Source of the DNA: Mobula hypostoma
Taxonomy: Eukaryota
Assembly (NCBI RefSeq): GCF_963921235.1
Contig: NC_086101.1
Location: 3,598,001 to 3,662,000 of the forward strand
Length of the DNA: 64,000 bases
Direction of reading: 5' to 3'
The translations under genes were made by a program, and so were the position numbers. Below the pieces are notes generated by a model. The model searched no databases, had not been told where the DNA came from, and was given only the letters and a program-made list of their open reading frames with translations. The number at the start of each line of letters is the position of its first letter. Position 1 is the stretch's first letter. Positions 13,019-25,776 of this stretch are shown piece after piece.

Positions 13019-15888
13019 CATAGAAACATAGAAACATAGAAAGTAAGTGCAGGAGTAGGCCATTCGGCCCTTCGAGCCTGCACCGCCATTTATTATGATC
13101 ATGGCTGATCATCCAACTCAGAACCCTGCACCAGCCTTCCCTCCATACCCCCGATCCCCGTAGCCTCAAGGGCCATATCTAACTCCCTCTTAAATATAGC
13201 CAATGAACTGTCCTCAACTGTTTCCTGTGGCAGAGAATTCCACAGATTCACCACTCTCTGTGTGAAGAAGTTTTTCTTAATCTCAGTCCTAAAAGGCTTC
13301 CCCCTTATCCTCAAACTGTGACCCCTCGTTCTGGACTTCCCCAACATCGGGAACAATCTTCCTGCATCTAGCCTGTCCAATCCCTTTAGGATTTTATACG
13401 TTTCAATCAGATCCCCCCTCAATCTTCTAAATTCCAACGAGTACAAGCCTAGTTCATCCAGTCTTTCTTCATATGAAAGTCCTGCCATCCCAGGAATCAA
13501 TCTGGTGAACCTTCTTTGTACTCCCTCTATGGCAAGGATGTCTTTCCTCAGATTAGGGGACCAAAACTGCACACAATACTCCAGCTGTGGTCTCACCAAG
13601 GCCTTGTACAACTGCAGTAGTACGTCCCTGCTCCTGTACTCGAATCCTCTCGCTATAAATGCCAGCATACCATTCGCCTTTTTCACCGCCTGCTGTACCT
13701 GCATGCCCACTTTCAATGACTGGTGTATAATGACACCCAGGTCTCGTTGCACCTCCCCTTTTCCTAATCGGCCACCATTCAGGTAATAATCTGTTTTCCT
13801 ATTTTTGCCACCAAAGCGGATAACTTCACATTTATCCACATTAATTTGCATCTGCCATGAATTTGCCCACTCACCCAACCTATCCAAGTCGCCCTGCATC
13901 CTCTTAGCATCCTCCTCACAGCATCCTCCTCACAGCTAACACTGCTGCCCAGGTTCGTGTCATCCGCAGACTTGGAGATGCTGCATTTAATTCCCTCATC
14001 CAAGTCATTAATATATATTGTAAACAACTGGGGTCCCAGCACTGAGCCTTGCAGTATCCCACAAGTCACTGCCTGCGATTCTGAAAAGGTCCCATTTATT
14101 CCCATTCTTTGCTTCCTGTCTGCTAACCAATTCTCTATCCACATCAATACCTTACCCCCAATACCGTGTGCTTTAAGTTTGCACACTAATCTCCTGTGTG
14201 GGACCTTGTCAAAAGCCTTTTGAAAATCGAAATATACCACATCCATTGGTTCTCCCCTATCCACTCTACTAGTTACATGCTCAAAAAATTCTATGAGATT
14301 CGTCAGACATGATTTTCCTTTCACAAATCCATGCTGACTTTGTCCGATGATTTCACCGCTTTCCAAATGTGCTGTTATCACATCTTTGATAACTGACTCC
14401 AGCAGTTTCCCCACCACCGATGTTAGGCTAACCGGTCTATAATTCCTCAGTTTCTCTCTCCCTCCTTTTTTAAAAAGTGGGGTTACATTAGCCACCCTCC
14501 AATCCTCAGGAACTAGTCCAGAATCTAACGAGTTTTGAAAAATTATCACTACTGCATCCATTATTTCTTGGGCTACTTCCTTAAGCACTCTGGGATGCAG
14601 ACCATCTGGCCCTGGGGATTTATCTGCCTTTAATCTCTTCAATTTACCAAACACCACTTCCCTACTAACATGTATTTCTCTCAGTTCCTCCATCTCACTG
14701 GACCCTCTGTCCCCTACTATTTCTGAAAGATTATTTATGTCCTCCTTAGTGAAGACGGAACCAAAGTAATTATTCAATTGGTCTGCCATGTCCTTGCTCC
14801 CCATAATCAATTCACCTATTTCTGTCTGTAGGGGACCTACATTTGTCTTTACCAGTCTTTTCCTTTTTACATATCTATAAAAGCTTTTACAGTCAGTTTT
14901 TATGTTCCCTGCCAGTTTTCTCTCATAATCTTTTTTCCCCTTCCTAATTAAGCCCTTTGTCCTCCTCTGCTGAACTCTGAATTTCTCCCAGTCCTCAGGT
15001 GACCCACTTTTTCTGGCTAATTTGTATGCTTCTTCTTTGGAATTGATACTATCCCTAATTTCTCTTGTCAGCCATGGGTGCACTACCTTCCTTGATTTAT
15101 TCTTTTGCCAAACTGGGATGAACAATTGTTGTAGTTCATCCATGCAATCTTTAAACGCTTGCCAGTGCATATCCACTGTCAATCCTTTAAGTGTCATTTG
15201 CAGTCTATCTTAGCTAATTCACGCCTCATACCTTCAAAGTTTCCCCTCTATAAGTTCAGAACTTTTGTTTCTGAATTAACTATGTCACTCTCCATCTTAA
15301 TGAAGAATTCCACCATATTATGGTCACTCTTACCCAAGGGGCCTCTCACGACAAGATTGCTAATTAACCCTTCCTCATTGCTGAAAACCCAGTCTAGAAT
15401 AGCCTGCTCTCTAGTTGGTTCCTCGACATGTTGGTTCAAAAAACCATCCCGCATACATTCCAAGAAATCCTCTTCCTCAGCACCTTTACCAATTTGGTTC
15501 ACCCAATCTACCATGTAGATTGAAGTCACCCATTATACCTGCTGTTCCTTTATTGCACACATTTCTAATTTCCTGTTTAATACCATCTCCGACCTCACTA
15601 CTACTGTTAGGTGGCCTGTACACAACTCCCACCAGCGTTTTCTGCCCCTTAGTGTTATGCAGCTCTACCCATATCGATTCCACATCTTCCTGGCTTATGT
15701 CCCTCCTTTCTATTGCGTTAATCTCATCTTTAACCAGCAACGCCACCCCACCTCCTTTTCTTTCATGTCTATCCCTCCTGAATATTGAATATCCCTGAAC
15801 GTTGAGCTCCCATCCTTGGTCACCCTGGAGCCATGTCTCTGTGATCCCAACTATATCATAATCATTAATAACAATCTGCACTTTCAAC
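13019..15888 (-). mobile_element. Young 5'-truncated CR1 LINE, subfamily A (APE endonuclease + RT)
   Basis: ORFs 15486-15890 (GITETWL, MGDFN), 13779-15197 and 13099-13899; (TTCTATGT)n tail at 13019-13040. Frameshifts include a 14-bp tandem duplication GCATCCTCCTCACA at 13907-13934. Confidence 0.95.
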
Positions 15889-16049
15889 ATCTGACATGTG
15901 CTTGATCGGACATGGCATGGAAGGTTACGGGGAGAATTCTGGGAACTGGAGTTCAGGAGGAGAAAAAAGAATGATTAGCCATGATTGAATGACTGAGCAG
16001 ACTTGATTGGCCAAATGGCCTAATTCTGCTCCTCTGTCTTACGGTCTTA

Positions 16050-17225
16050 TGTGGAACAGTCCATGCTCCAAGCCTACCCCAGCATCACTTCCCAACTCTT
16101 CCTACGCTGCATCAATCACTGCATTGGTGCTGCCTCCTACACCCATGTCGAGTTTGTCGACTTCGTCAATTTTGCCTCCAACTTCTACTTTGCCCGCAAA
16201 TCTACCTGGTCCATTTCCAACACCTCTCTCCCCCTTTTTGATTTCTCTGTCTCCATCTCTGGAGATAGTTTATCTCCTGATCTATTTTGTAAACCTACTG
16301 ACCCTTCCCACCCTGTCACTTGTAAAAATGCCATCCTCTTCTTTCAGTTCCTCCATCTCCACCGCATCTGCCTTCAGGATGAGTCTTTACATTCCAGAAC
16401 TGCTGAAAGGTCCTCCTTCAAGGAAGAAGACTTCCCTTCCTCCACAATCAACATTGCCCTCAACCACATCTCTTTCATTTCATGCACATCTGCCCTCAGT
16501 CCATCCTCCGATCGCCGCACCAGAGATAGGGTTCCTCTTCTCCTCACCTACCACTCCACTAGCCTCTGTGTTCAGCATATAAATCTCTGTAACTTCCACC
16601 ATCTCCTGTGCAATCCCACCACCTAGCACGTCTTTCCCTTCTCCCACACTTTCCGCTTTCTGCAGGGATCACTCCCCATACAACTCCTTTGTCCACTCAT
16701 CCCTCCTCACTGATCTCCCTCCTGGTACTCATCCTTGTAAGTGGAACAAGAGTCACAGCTACTCATAAACCTCTTCCCTTGCTACTATTCAGGCTCCCAT
16801 ACAGTCCTTTCGGGTGAGGTGACACTTCACCTGCAAGTCTTGTTGGGGTCTTCAACTTCATCTGGTGCTCCCTGTGTAGTCTCCGCTATATCAGAGAGAC
16901 TCGACGGAGACTGGCAGACGGACTTCTTTAAGCACTTTTGCGCACGCTGCCACAAAAAGTGGGATCTCCCGGTCGCCACCCATTTCAATTCTACTTCGCA
17001 TTCCCATTCCAACATGTCAGTCCATGGCCTCCTCTACCCTCGCAGGTTGGAGGAGCAACACCTTATATTCCGCCGTGGAATCCTCCAAGCTGATGGCATG
17101 AATATCCATTTCTCGAACTGTTACTTGTTCCCCCCTTCACCATTATCCATTCCGTTTTCCCTCCTTTACCTTATCTCCTTCCTGTCCATCACCTCCCCTT
17201 GTGCTTCTCCCCGTCCCTTTCATTC
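16050..17225 (+). mobile_element. Decayed Penelope-like element (RT C-terminus, linker, GIY-YIG region)
   Basis: ORF 16051-16626 (RDRVPLLLTYH) and 16741-17322 (DLPVATHFNSTSHSHS, RRLEEQHLIFR...QADGMNI). Confidence 0.8.
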
Positions 17226-17303
17226 CCGTTCATGTTTGTCAATCCCTGAGACTGCAGCGCCAGTAGTGTGCAATCGCGGTACTGCAGGGTTGAGCTGCTC
17301 CTG

Positions 17304-17314
17304 GAAAGTGAAAC
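17304..17314 (+). promoter_or_regulatory. IRF-binding / ISRE-like motif upstream of the TRIM ATG
   Basis: GAAAGTGAAAC fits GAAANNGAAA; an ETS-like CAGGAAGTG follows at 17325-17333; the ATG is at 17348. Confidence 0.5.
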
Positions 17315-17347
17315 GACTCTGAATCAGGAAGTGGAAAGGGAGTTAAA

Positions 17348-17758
17348 ATGGCTTCGAAAGGACAGATCGAGAGTTTAACCGAAGACGCAATTTGTCCCAT
17401 ATGCCGGGATTTCTTCACCGATCCCGTCTCACCGGAATGCGGGCACAGCTTCTGCCGCTCCTGCATCACTCGCTGTTGGGAAAAGGCGGAGAGAAACTCC
17501 TGCCCGCAGTGTAGAGAGCAGTTTGCATACCGCACCCTCAGGGTCAATCGGGACTTAACAATTCTGTCCGATAAATTTCGAGGACTAACCCTAACTACAA
17601 AGGAGAAGGAAATTAAATTTCACTGTTAGGAACATGAGGAAGAACTGAAGATATTTTGTGAAGCGGACAAGAAACTGATGTGTGTGATGTGTACCGCTAC
17701 GTGGGAACACAGAAAGCACCGATTCCTGTCGATTCAAGAAGCTATTAAAATCTATAAA
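17348..17758 (+). CDS. TRIM exon 1: C3HC4 RING + B-box 2 (internal TAG)
   Basis: MASKGQIESLTEDAICPICRDFFTDPVSPECGHSFCRSC...CPQC...HC*EHEEELKIFCEADKKLMCVMCTATWEHRKH...AIKIYK, then GT at 17759. Confidence 0.9.
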
Positions 17759-17831
17759 GTATCCCGCTTTAGATCGCGTCTTTACTCTGTTGCATCTTTA
17801 TTGTCTAATTCCTTCACTCTTTTATTTCCAG

Positions 17832-17927
17832 GATCGTGTTAAATCCTCCTTAGACTCTCTCAGAAAAAAGAAATCCAACCTCGAGAAAATGGAGCAGAAA
17901 CAGAAAGAGAAGATTTCCAGAGTTCGG
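17832..17927 (+). CDS. TRIM exon 2 (coiled coil, 96 nt)
   Basis: tttccag|DRVKSSLDSLRKKKSNLEKMEQKQKEKISRVR|gtgagg. Confidence 0.85.
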
Positions 17928-18780
17928 GTGAGGCATTTCTGAGCAGAATTTCCAGTGATGTTGTGCAAATTTGTTTCCTTTAAAACGCAATAGCAGGGTA
18001 TCATAGCGCCAGTGCACTGATTTCAATCCAGTCCTCTGGTGCTGTCTGGATGGTGATTGCATAGAGTCATTATCAACTACAGTACAGAAAGAGGTCCTTC
18101 AGCCCATCTAGTCTGTGCTCCATTGTCTCCTGATGAGTCTCACCTAACCACACCCAGCCCAAAGACTTCCATTCCTTTCTCATCCGTGTACCTTATCAGA
18201 ATTCTCTTAATTGTTAATCAAGCTGCATCTACCACTCTTCACCACCCTCAAGTGAAGAAGTTGTCCCTCAGTTCCCCCTTAAATATTTCATCCTTCACCC
18301 TAAACTAGGGAGTCCCAATCTATTTTATGCCATGGACTCCTACAATTAACAGAGGGTTCTGTGGACTCCAGGTTGGGTACCCCAGCCTTAAAGCTATAAA
18401 TCACTAGTTCTAGTCTCACCCTCTGTTCTACTGCACTCCCTTATGGCCCTCCGTTCACTGGTTTGGCCTCACTCGTGTTTGCATTACATTCTACTTGCCG
18501 ATTTTCCTCCCATTTTCCCAGCTGATCCACATCGTGCTGCAAACGTTGATGGCCTTCCTTGCTGTCTACTACGGCCAAGTCTCAGTGTAGCCCTCTTAGC
18601 ATGCGTCAGGGTCGCTCAACTTGCTGTCATCTAGGGAAACAGCCCTCGCCACTGCCAAACTGAGTAATTAAGCTTGTCTGGATGCTGTGTGATGTACCAC
18701 ACCCCGCCAAATAACAAACAATACACCATATACGATTAAATGAATTACAGTTTATAGATATTACTGGAACTGTATAATTA

Positions 18781-20661
18781 ATAGAACCATAGAAACTACA
18801 GCACAGAAACAGGCCTTTTGGCCCCTCTTGGCTGTGCTGAACCATTTTCTTCCTAGTCCCACTGACCTGCACACGGACCATATCCCTCTATACACCTCCC
18901 ATCCATGTATCTGTCCAATTTATTCTTGAATGTTAAAAAAGAACCCACATTTACCACCTCATCTGGCAGCTCATTCCATACTCCCACCACTCTCTGTGTG
19001 AAGAAGCCCCCACTAATGTTCCCTTTAAACTTTTCCCCCCTCACCCTTAACCCATGTCCTCTGGTTTTTTTCTCCCCTTGCCTCAGTGGAAAAAGCCTGC
19101 TTGCATTCACTCTATCTATACCCATCATAATTTTATATACCTCTAACAAATCTCCCCTCATTCTACGCTCCAGGGAATAAAGTCCTAACCTATTCAACCT
19201 TTCTCTGTAACTCAGTTTCTCAAGTCCCGGCAACATCCTTGTACACCTTCTCTGCACTCTTTCAACCTTATTTATATCCTTCCTGTAATTTGGTGACCAA
19301 AACTGAACACAATACTCCAGATTCGGCCTCACCAATGCCTTATACAACCTCATCATAACATTCCAGCTCTTATACTCAATACTTCGATTAATAAAGGCCA
19401 ATGTACCAAAAGCTCTCTTTACGACCCTATCTACTTGTGACGCCACTTTTAGGGAATTTTGTATCTGTATTCCCAGATCCCTCTGTTCTACTGCACTCCT
19501 CAGTGCCTTACCATTAACCCTGTATGTTCTACCTTGGTTTGTGCAATACCTCACACTTGTCTGTATTAAACTCCATCTGCCATTTTTCAGTCCAGTTTTC
19601 CAGCTGGTCCAAGTCCCTCTGCAGGCTCTGAAAACCTTCCTCACTGTCTACTACACCTCCAATCTTTGTATCATCAGCAAATTTGCTGATCTAATTTACC
19701 ACATGATCATCCAGATCATTGATATAGATGACAAATAACAATGGACCCAGCACTGATCCCTGTGGCACACCACTAGTCACAGGCCTCCACTCAGAGAAGC
19801 AATTCTCTACCACCACTCTTTGGCTTCTTCCATTGAGCCAATGTCTAATCCAATTTACCACCTCTCTATGTATACCTAGCGACTGAATTTTCCTAACTAA
19901 CCTCCCATGCGGGACCTTGCCAAAGGCCTTACTGAAATCTATGTAGACAATATCCACTGCCTTCCCTTCATCCACTTTCCTGGTAACCTCCTCGAAAAAC
20001 TCCAACAGATTGGTCAAACAAGACCTACCACGCACAAAGCCATGTTGATTCTCCCTAATAAGTCCCTGTCTATCCAAATGCTTGTAGATTCTGTCTCTTA
20101 GTACTCCCTCCAATAACTTACCTACTACCGATGTTAAACTCACTGGCCTATAATTTCCCGGATTACTTTTCGATCCTTTTTTAAACAACGGAACAACATG
20201 AGCCACTCTCCAATCCTCCGGCACCTCACCTGTAGACAGCAACATTTTAATTATTTCTGCCAGGGCCCCCGCAATTTCAACACTAGTCTCCTTCAAGGTC
20301 CGAGGGAACACTCTGTCAGGTCCCGGGGATTTATCCACTTTAATTTTCCTCAAGACAGCAAGCACCTCCTCCTTTTCAATCTGTACAGTTTTCATGATCT
20401 CACTACTTGATTCCCTCAATTCCATAGACTTCATGCCAGTTTCCTTCGTAAATACAGACGCAAAAAACCTATTTAAGATCTCCCCCATTTCCTTTGGTTC
20501 CGCACATAGCCGACCACTCTGATCTTCAAGAGGACCAATTTTATCCCTTACAATCCTTTTGCTCTTAATATACCTGTAAAAGCTCTTTGGATTATCCTTC
20601 ACTTTGACTGCCAAGGCAACCTCATGTCTTCTTTTAGCTCTCCTGATTACTTTCTTAAGTA
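18781..20661 (-). mobile_element. Young 5'-truncated CR1, subfamily B
   Basis: ORFs 19691-20614 and 18853-19644 (RT and C-terminus); tail atagaaccatagaaac at the left end. Confidence 0.95.
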
Positions 20662-21099
20662 GTTATAGAGATAAAATATAAAAGGAAAATAAAAGGTGCC
20701 ACACTTATCAAAGTTCGATCTCTTCATGCACAAACAGTTGGAGCTCTAGTAACGATCCTCTCTTCACCATTCGATCCCTTCTGACCAGCTCGACCTGCCG
20801 CCTGGGACCGACCACGGTGGTCGACCAGATGCTCCACACGAATCTGTCTCCGTTTCCTCTCCTCGCCGAAGACCCTGGACCTCGGACTCCTGCTCGGGGT
20901 CCGACCCCATTAATCGGTTCACAGCACCTTGTCCATCCTCTCGCTGTCCATCGCGCTTTCCGCCTAAAAACCCGCGCATCACAATAACTTACAGACACGC
21001 TAGAAGAATAATATCTATCCCAATTGTTTTGTTCGCTCTCTTATCAATAACATAATCCAAACAAGCTGCTAGCGGGAGAACCTTCTCAGCAGTTAACAT

Positions 21100-23480
21100 A
21101 ACCGACTAGAGAGCAGGCTATTCTGGACTGGGTTTTGAGCAATGAGGAAGGGTTAATTAGCGATCTTGTCGTGAGAGGCACCTTGGGTAAGAGTGACCAT
21201 AATATGGTGGAATTCTTCATTAACATGGAGAGTGACATAGTTAATTCAGAAACAAAGGTTCTGAACTTAAAGAGGGGTAACTTTGAAGGTATGAGACGTG
21301 AATTAGCTAAGATAGACTGGCAAATGACACTTCAAGGATTGACGGTGGATATGCAATGGCAGGCATTTAAAGGTTGCATGGATGAACTACAACAATTGTT
21401 CATCCCAGTTTGGCAAAAGAATAAATCAAGGAAGGTAGTGCACCCGTGGCTGACAAGAGAAATTAGGGATAGTATCAATTCCAAAGAAGTAGCATACAAA
21501 TTAGCCAGAGAAAGTGGCTCACCTGAGGACTGGGAGAAATTCAGAGTTCAGCAGAGGAGGACAAAGGGCTTAATTAGGAAGGGGAAAAAAGATTATGAGA
21601 GAAAACTGGCAGAGAACATATAAACGGACTGTAAAAGCTTTTATAGATATGTAAAAAGGAAAAGACTGATAAAGACAAATGTAGGTCCCCTGCAAACAGA
21701 AACAGGTGAATTGATTATGCGGAGCAAGGACATGGCAGACCAATTGAATAATTACTTTGGTTCTGTCTTCACTAAGGAGGACATAAATAATCTTCCAGAA
21801 ATAGTAAGGGACAGAGGGTCCAGTGAGATGGAGGAACTGAGCGAAATACATGTTAGTAGGGAAGTGGTGTTAGGTAAATTGAAGGGATTGAAGGCAGATA
21901 AATCCCCAGGGCCAGATGGTCTGCATCCCAGAGTGCTTAAGGAAGTGGCCCAAGAAATAGTTGATGCATTAGTGATAATTTTTCAAAACTCGTTAGATTC
22001 TGGACTAGTTCCTGAGGATTGGAGGGTGGCTAATGTAACCCCACTTTTTAAAAAAGGAGGGAGAGAGAAACCGGGGAATTATAGGCCGGTTAGCCTAACG
22101 TCGGTGGTGGGGAAACTGCTGGAGTCAGTTATCAAGGATGTGATAACAGCACATTTGGAAAGCGGTGAAATGATCGGACAAAGTCAGCATGGATTTGTGA
22201 AAGGAAAATCATGTCTGACGAATCTCATAGAATTTTTTGAGGATGTAACTAGTAGAGTGGATAGGGGAGAACCAGTGGATGTGGTATATTTGGATTTTCA
22301 AAAGGCTTTTGACAAGGTCCCACACAGGAGATTAGTGTGCAAACTTAAAGCACACGGTATTGGGGGTAAGGTATTGGTGTGGGTGGAGAATTGGTTAGCA
22401 GACAGGAAGCAAAGAGTGGGAATAAACGGGACCTTTTCAGAATGGCAGGCGGTGACTAGTGGGGTACCGCAAGGCTCAGTGCTGGGACCCCAGTTGTTTA
22501 CAATATATATTAATGACTTGGATGAGGGAATTAAATGCAGCATCTCCAAGTTTGCGGATGACACGAAGCTGGGTGGCAGTGTTAGCGGTGAGGAGGATGC
22601 TAAGAGGATGCAGGGTGACTTGGATAGGTTGGGTGAGTGGGCAAACTCACGGCAGATGCAATTTAATGTGGATAAATGTGAAGTTATCCACTTTGGTGGC
22701 AAAAATAGGAAAACAGATTATTATCTGAATGGTGGCCGATTAGGAAAAGGGGAGGTGCAATGAGACCTGGGTGTCATTATACACCAGTCATTGAAAGTGG
22801 GCATGCAGGTACAGCAGGCGGTGAAAAAGGCGAACGGTATGCTGGCATTTATAGCGAGACGATTCGAGTACAGGAGCAGGGAGGTACTACTGCAGTTGTA
22901 CAAGGCCTTGGTGAGACCACACCTGGAGTATTGTGTGCAGTTTTGGTCCCCTAATCTGAGGAAAGACATCCTTGCCATAGAGGGAGTACAAAGAAGGTTC
23001 ACCAGATTGATTCCTGGGATGGCAGGTCTTTCATATGAAGAAAGACTGGATGAACTGGGCTTGTACTCGTTGGAATTTAGAAGATTGAGGGGGGATCTGA
23101 TTGAAACGTATAAGATCCTAAAGGGATTGGACAGGCTAGATGCGGGAAGATTGTTCCCGATGTTGGGGAGGTCTAGAACGAGGGGTCACAGTTAGAGGAT
23201 AGAGGGGAAGCCTTTTAGGACCGAGGTTAGGAAAAACTTCTTCACACAGAGAGTGGTGAATCTGTGGAATTCTCTGCCACAGCAAACTGTTGAGGCCAGT
23301 TCATTAGCTATGTTTAAAAGGAAGTTAGATATGGCCCTTGTGGCTACAGGGGTCAGGGGGTATGGAGGGAAGGCTGGGTTCTGAGTTGGATGATCAGCCA
23401 TGATCATAATAAATGGCGGTGCAGGCTCGAAGGGCCGAATGGCCTACTCCTGCACCTATTTTCTATGTTTCTATGTTTCT
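21100..23480 (+). mobile_element. Young 5'-truncated CR1, subfamily A
   Basis: ORFs 21135-21623, 21711-22763 (YLDFQKAFD, FADDTK) and 22791-23195 are all in one frame, broken only by stops. (TTCTATGT)n tail; ATAAC TSD/microhomology. Confidence 0.95.
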
Positions 23481-23832
23481 ATAACAAAGAAGCCATTTTA
23501 ATTATAACATAACAAAGAAGCCATTTTAATTAGCCTACGCAGTAACATAAAAGAAGAAAACCCCTACATCAGTTTCACCTCAACTTTGTTAATCCAGTTT
23601 ACCACATTATCATCTAGATCGTTGACATAGTTGACAAAGAACAACATACCCAGCACTCAGCCCTGATGTACAGAATTCATCACAGACCTCCAGTCAGAGA
23701 GGCAAATGTCTCTACCACTCTGTGGCTTCTCCTGCAAAGTGAATATCTAATCCAATGTTCTACCTCATTCCATGTCATCAACAGACACAAGACAGCAACA
23801 CAGTAAATTAATCTTCACCTTTCATTCGACAG

Positions 23833-24061
23833 GAACAGTCACACAGCGTTGAGTCCCACATAACATCCCAGTTTGATGAACTGTGTCGGATTATCACCGA
23901 GAAAGAGCAGAGCGCACTCAGAGATCTCGGAAGAAGAGGCGAGGATTCTTAATCCAATGGAGAAAAATCTTCGAGAGATTCAAGAGAATTTAAATTCTAT
24001 CCAGGAGGAAATCTCAAAGTTACCGGAACAGATGCATCAACAAAAAGTGATATTTCTCATG
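23833..24061 (+). CDS. TRIM exon 3 (coiled coil; 229 nt, frameshifted)
   Basis: cgacag|EQSHSVESHITSQFDELCRIITEKEQSALRDL / EEEARILNPMEKNLREIQENLNSIQEEISKL...IFLM|ctgaga. It is 2 nt short of the typical 231 nt and the donor reads CT rather than GT. Confidence 0.8.
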
Positions 24062-25005
24062 CTGAGAGATTTCAGTTTGGTGCTGTAAAAGTGCAATTAT
24101 GTAATTATGTATTTTAATCAATGTGGTATTTACAAATACTGTCATTGTAAACTGATTTTCACCAAACAGACATTGTGACTGTTCAGGATTGTCGTTGTCC
24201 CCAACCCGGCCTCCCACAACGTCTCTACATCGCAGGACAGTCTGCAACCTTCTTGGGAATGAGTTACTCTGATCAGAGCATGGAGCTGGTGTTCGCTTCT
24301 GTGATTCCCACGTATAATATCCCTGATCCTCTGAGTAACAACCAGTTACAGTCACAGCTGTGAGTGTGTCTGGTTCGGTGGGTGTGAGGGTCTCTCTGTC
24401 GATCAGTGTGAACTGAGGTTGAATTGCAGAATGTGACCCACACATCAGATTTACCATCAATACCGGATTGCATCAGGATCATTGTTTCAGTGAATTTTGC
24501 ACCGTCTGTTTTCTTTTCCAGATATATTCTTCATCGGATTATATCCCATTTTACACCATAGACAAGTCTTTCAGTCCATCCTTTCCTATCAGTTTCCCTG
24601 CTTCACCAGCTTCCTCCCACCTACTCACCACACGCAACAACAGTGTCCCAAACTCCATGGTCCCTCCTGTGTTTATCCAGCTTCCCCATTGCATTCTGTC
24701 TCTGCTCTTCCATCTCAACCGCTGATCAACTAGATCCTCCCTGACATCGTATCCACAGAAACATTCACAGCCTGTCCAGTCCTTCCTGTCAGTTCCATTC
24801 TCTCAGTTATGGGATAATCATCTTAAACATTCCTTGTACTTTCTCCCTGGTTCTGTGTCGCTTGTTCCAGTGTCCCCTTTCTCCGTGTGTGTCAGTGAGA
24901 GAGAGCTGGGAAGTGGGAATTTTCAGCAGCTTGTAATAACTTGGCTCAAATTCCTGCGGTCAGGATGCAGTCAGTGAATTGAAATCTGTGTTTTATTTAT
25001 TTCAG

Positions 25006-25028
25006 GAGGAAGCTCGTCGGAAGAGGAG
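25006..25028 (+). CDS. TRIM exon 4 (23-nt mini-exon)
   Basis: tttatttcag|GAGGAAGCTCGTCGGAAGAGGAG|gtagga (EEARRKR). Confidence 0.8.
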
Positions 25029-25123
25029 GTAGGACATGGTCTTATACTGAAACAGTGCGGATTTGTAAAATAGTTCAAATATCACCGATGCTCAGTTTAT
25101 AACCAGCTGTGTAATATTTACAG

Positions 25124-25240
25124 GATTTGTGATGATCAACATGTGCTGTCAGTGACACATGGCGCCCTACCTGTTGAAAAATTCAATTACCCCTATTTGT
25201 TGGACACAACGTTGAGAGAAATGTTTGAAAATTAAGCGAG
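25124..25240 (+). CDS. TRIM exon 5 (linker; frameshift near its end)
   Basis: tttacag|ICDDQHVLSVTHGALPVEKFNYPYLLDTTLREMFE...|gtaaac. Its 117 nt break the phase 2 to phase 1 junction and give TAA at 25233. Confidence 0.75.
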
Positions 25241-25577
25241 GTAAACATTTACAGTTTCCTTTCTTGTTTGAGAACAATATTAAGTGATATTTACTCGCAT
25301 GTCTGTCTGTAACTCTGGGTGAAGGTATCACTGTCACATGGTCAGCTGGAGATGTCAGACCCCTGAACACACCAATACTGGGACACGATACAACCAATAC
25401 TGTAGATTATCCACTGCAACCTGAACCAATCCACACGACACAAATACGCTTAGACAGCAGCAAATGATAAAATCTGGTATCCGTCGGGTGACCAGGATTG
25501 TCAGAAAAGTACATTGAACTCTTCGCTGCTCAGCCTGTCTGAGCCGTCTGTGACTGCAGACGCCGATTGACTCAGGT

Positions 25578-25591
25578 CTGCCCCCTGCTGG
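25578..25591 (-). promoter_or_regulatory. Candidate CTCF core motif
   Basis: Reverse strand reads CCAGCAGGGGGCAG. Confidence 0.35.
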
Positions 25592-25776
25592 AGTCGCGAC
25601 CCTCACTGTTGTTGTCAAACCCCCACATTGAAGCCTCAGACTGTGACTGGACGCACCAACCTGCACTGACTTGGTCAAGATTTCATCTCGGAAGAAGCAC
25701 GCACAGCATTATCAGCCTGGGAAAGCTCCCTCGCGTACATACACAGAACGATTGGCCAATTGTGGCCAAAGCCTGG

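Larger units (their letters stand above)
18586..23568 (-). mobile_element. Solo LTR (probably Gypsy-type) split by two CR1 insertions
   Basis: TGTAG...CTACA termini with 4-bp TSD TCAG (18582-18585, 23569-23572). LTR pieces at 18586-18780, ~20662-21100 and 23481-23568; it sits in an older CR1(-) fragment. Confidence 0.8.

Noticed and set aside
13099..15890. Active autonomous LINE or host RT gene
   Set aside because: This copy, like every CR1/Rex/PLE copy in the window, is truncated and/or has stops or frameshifts.
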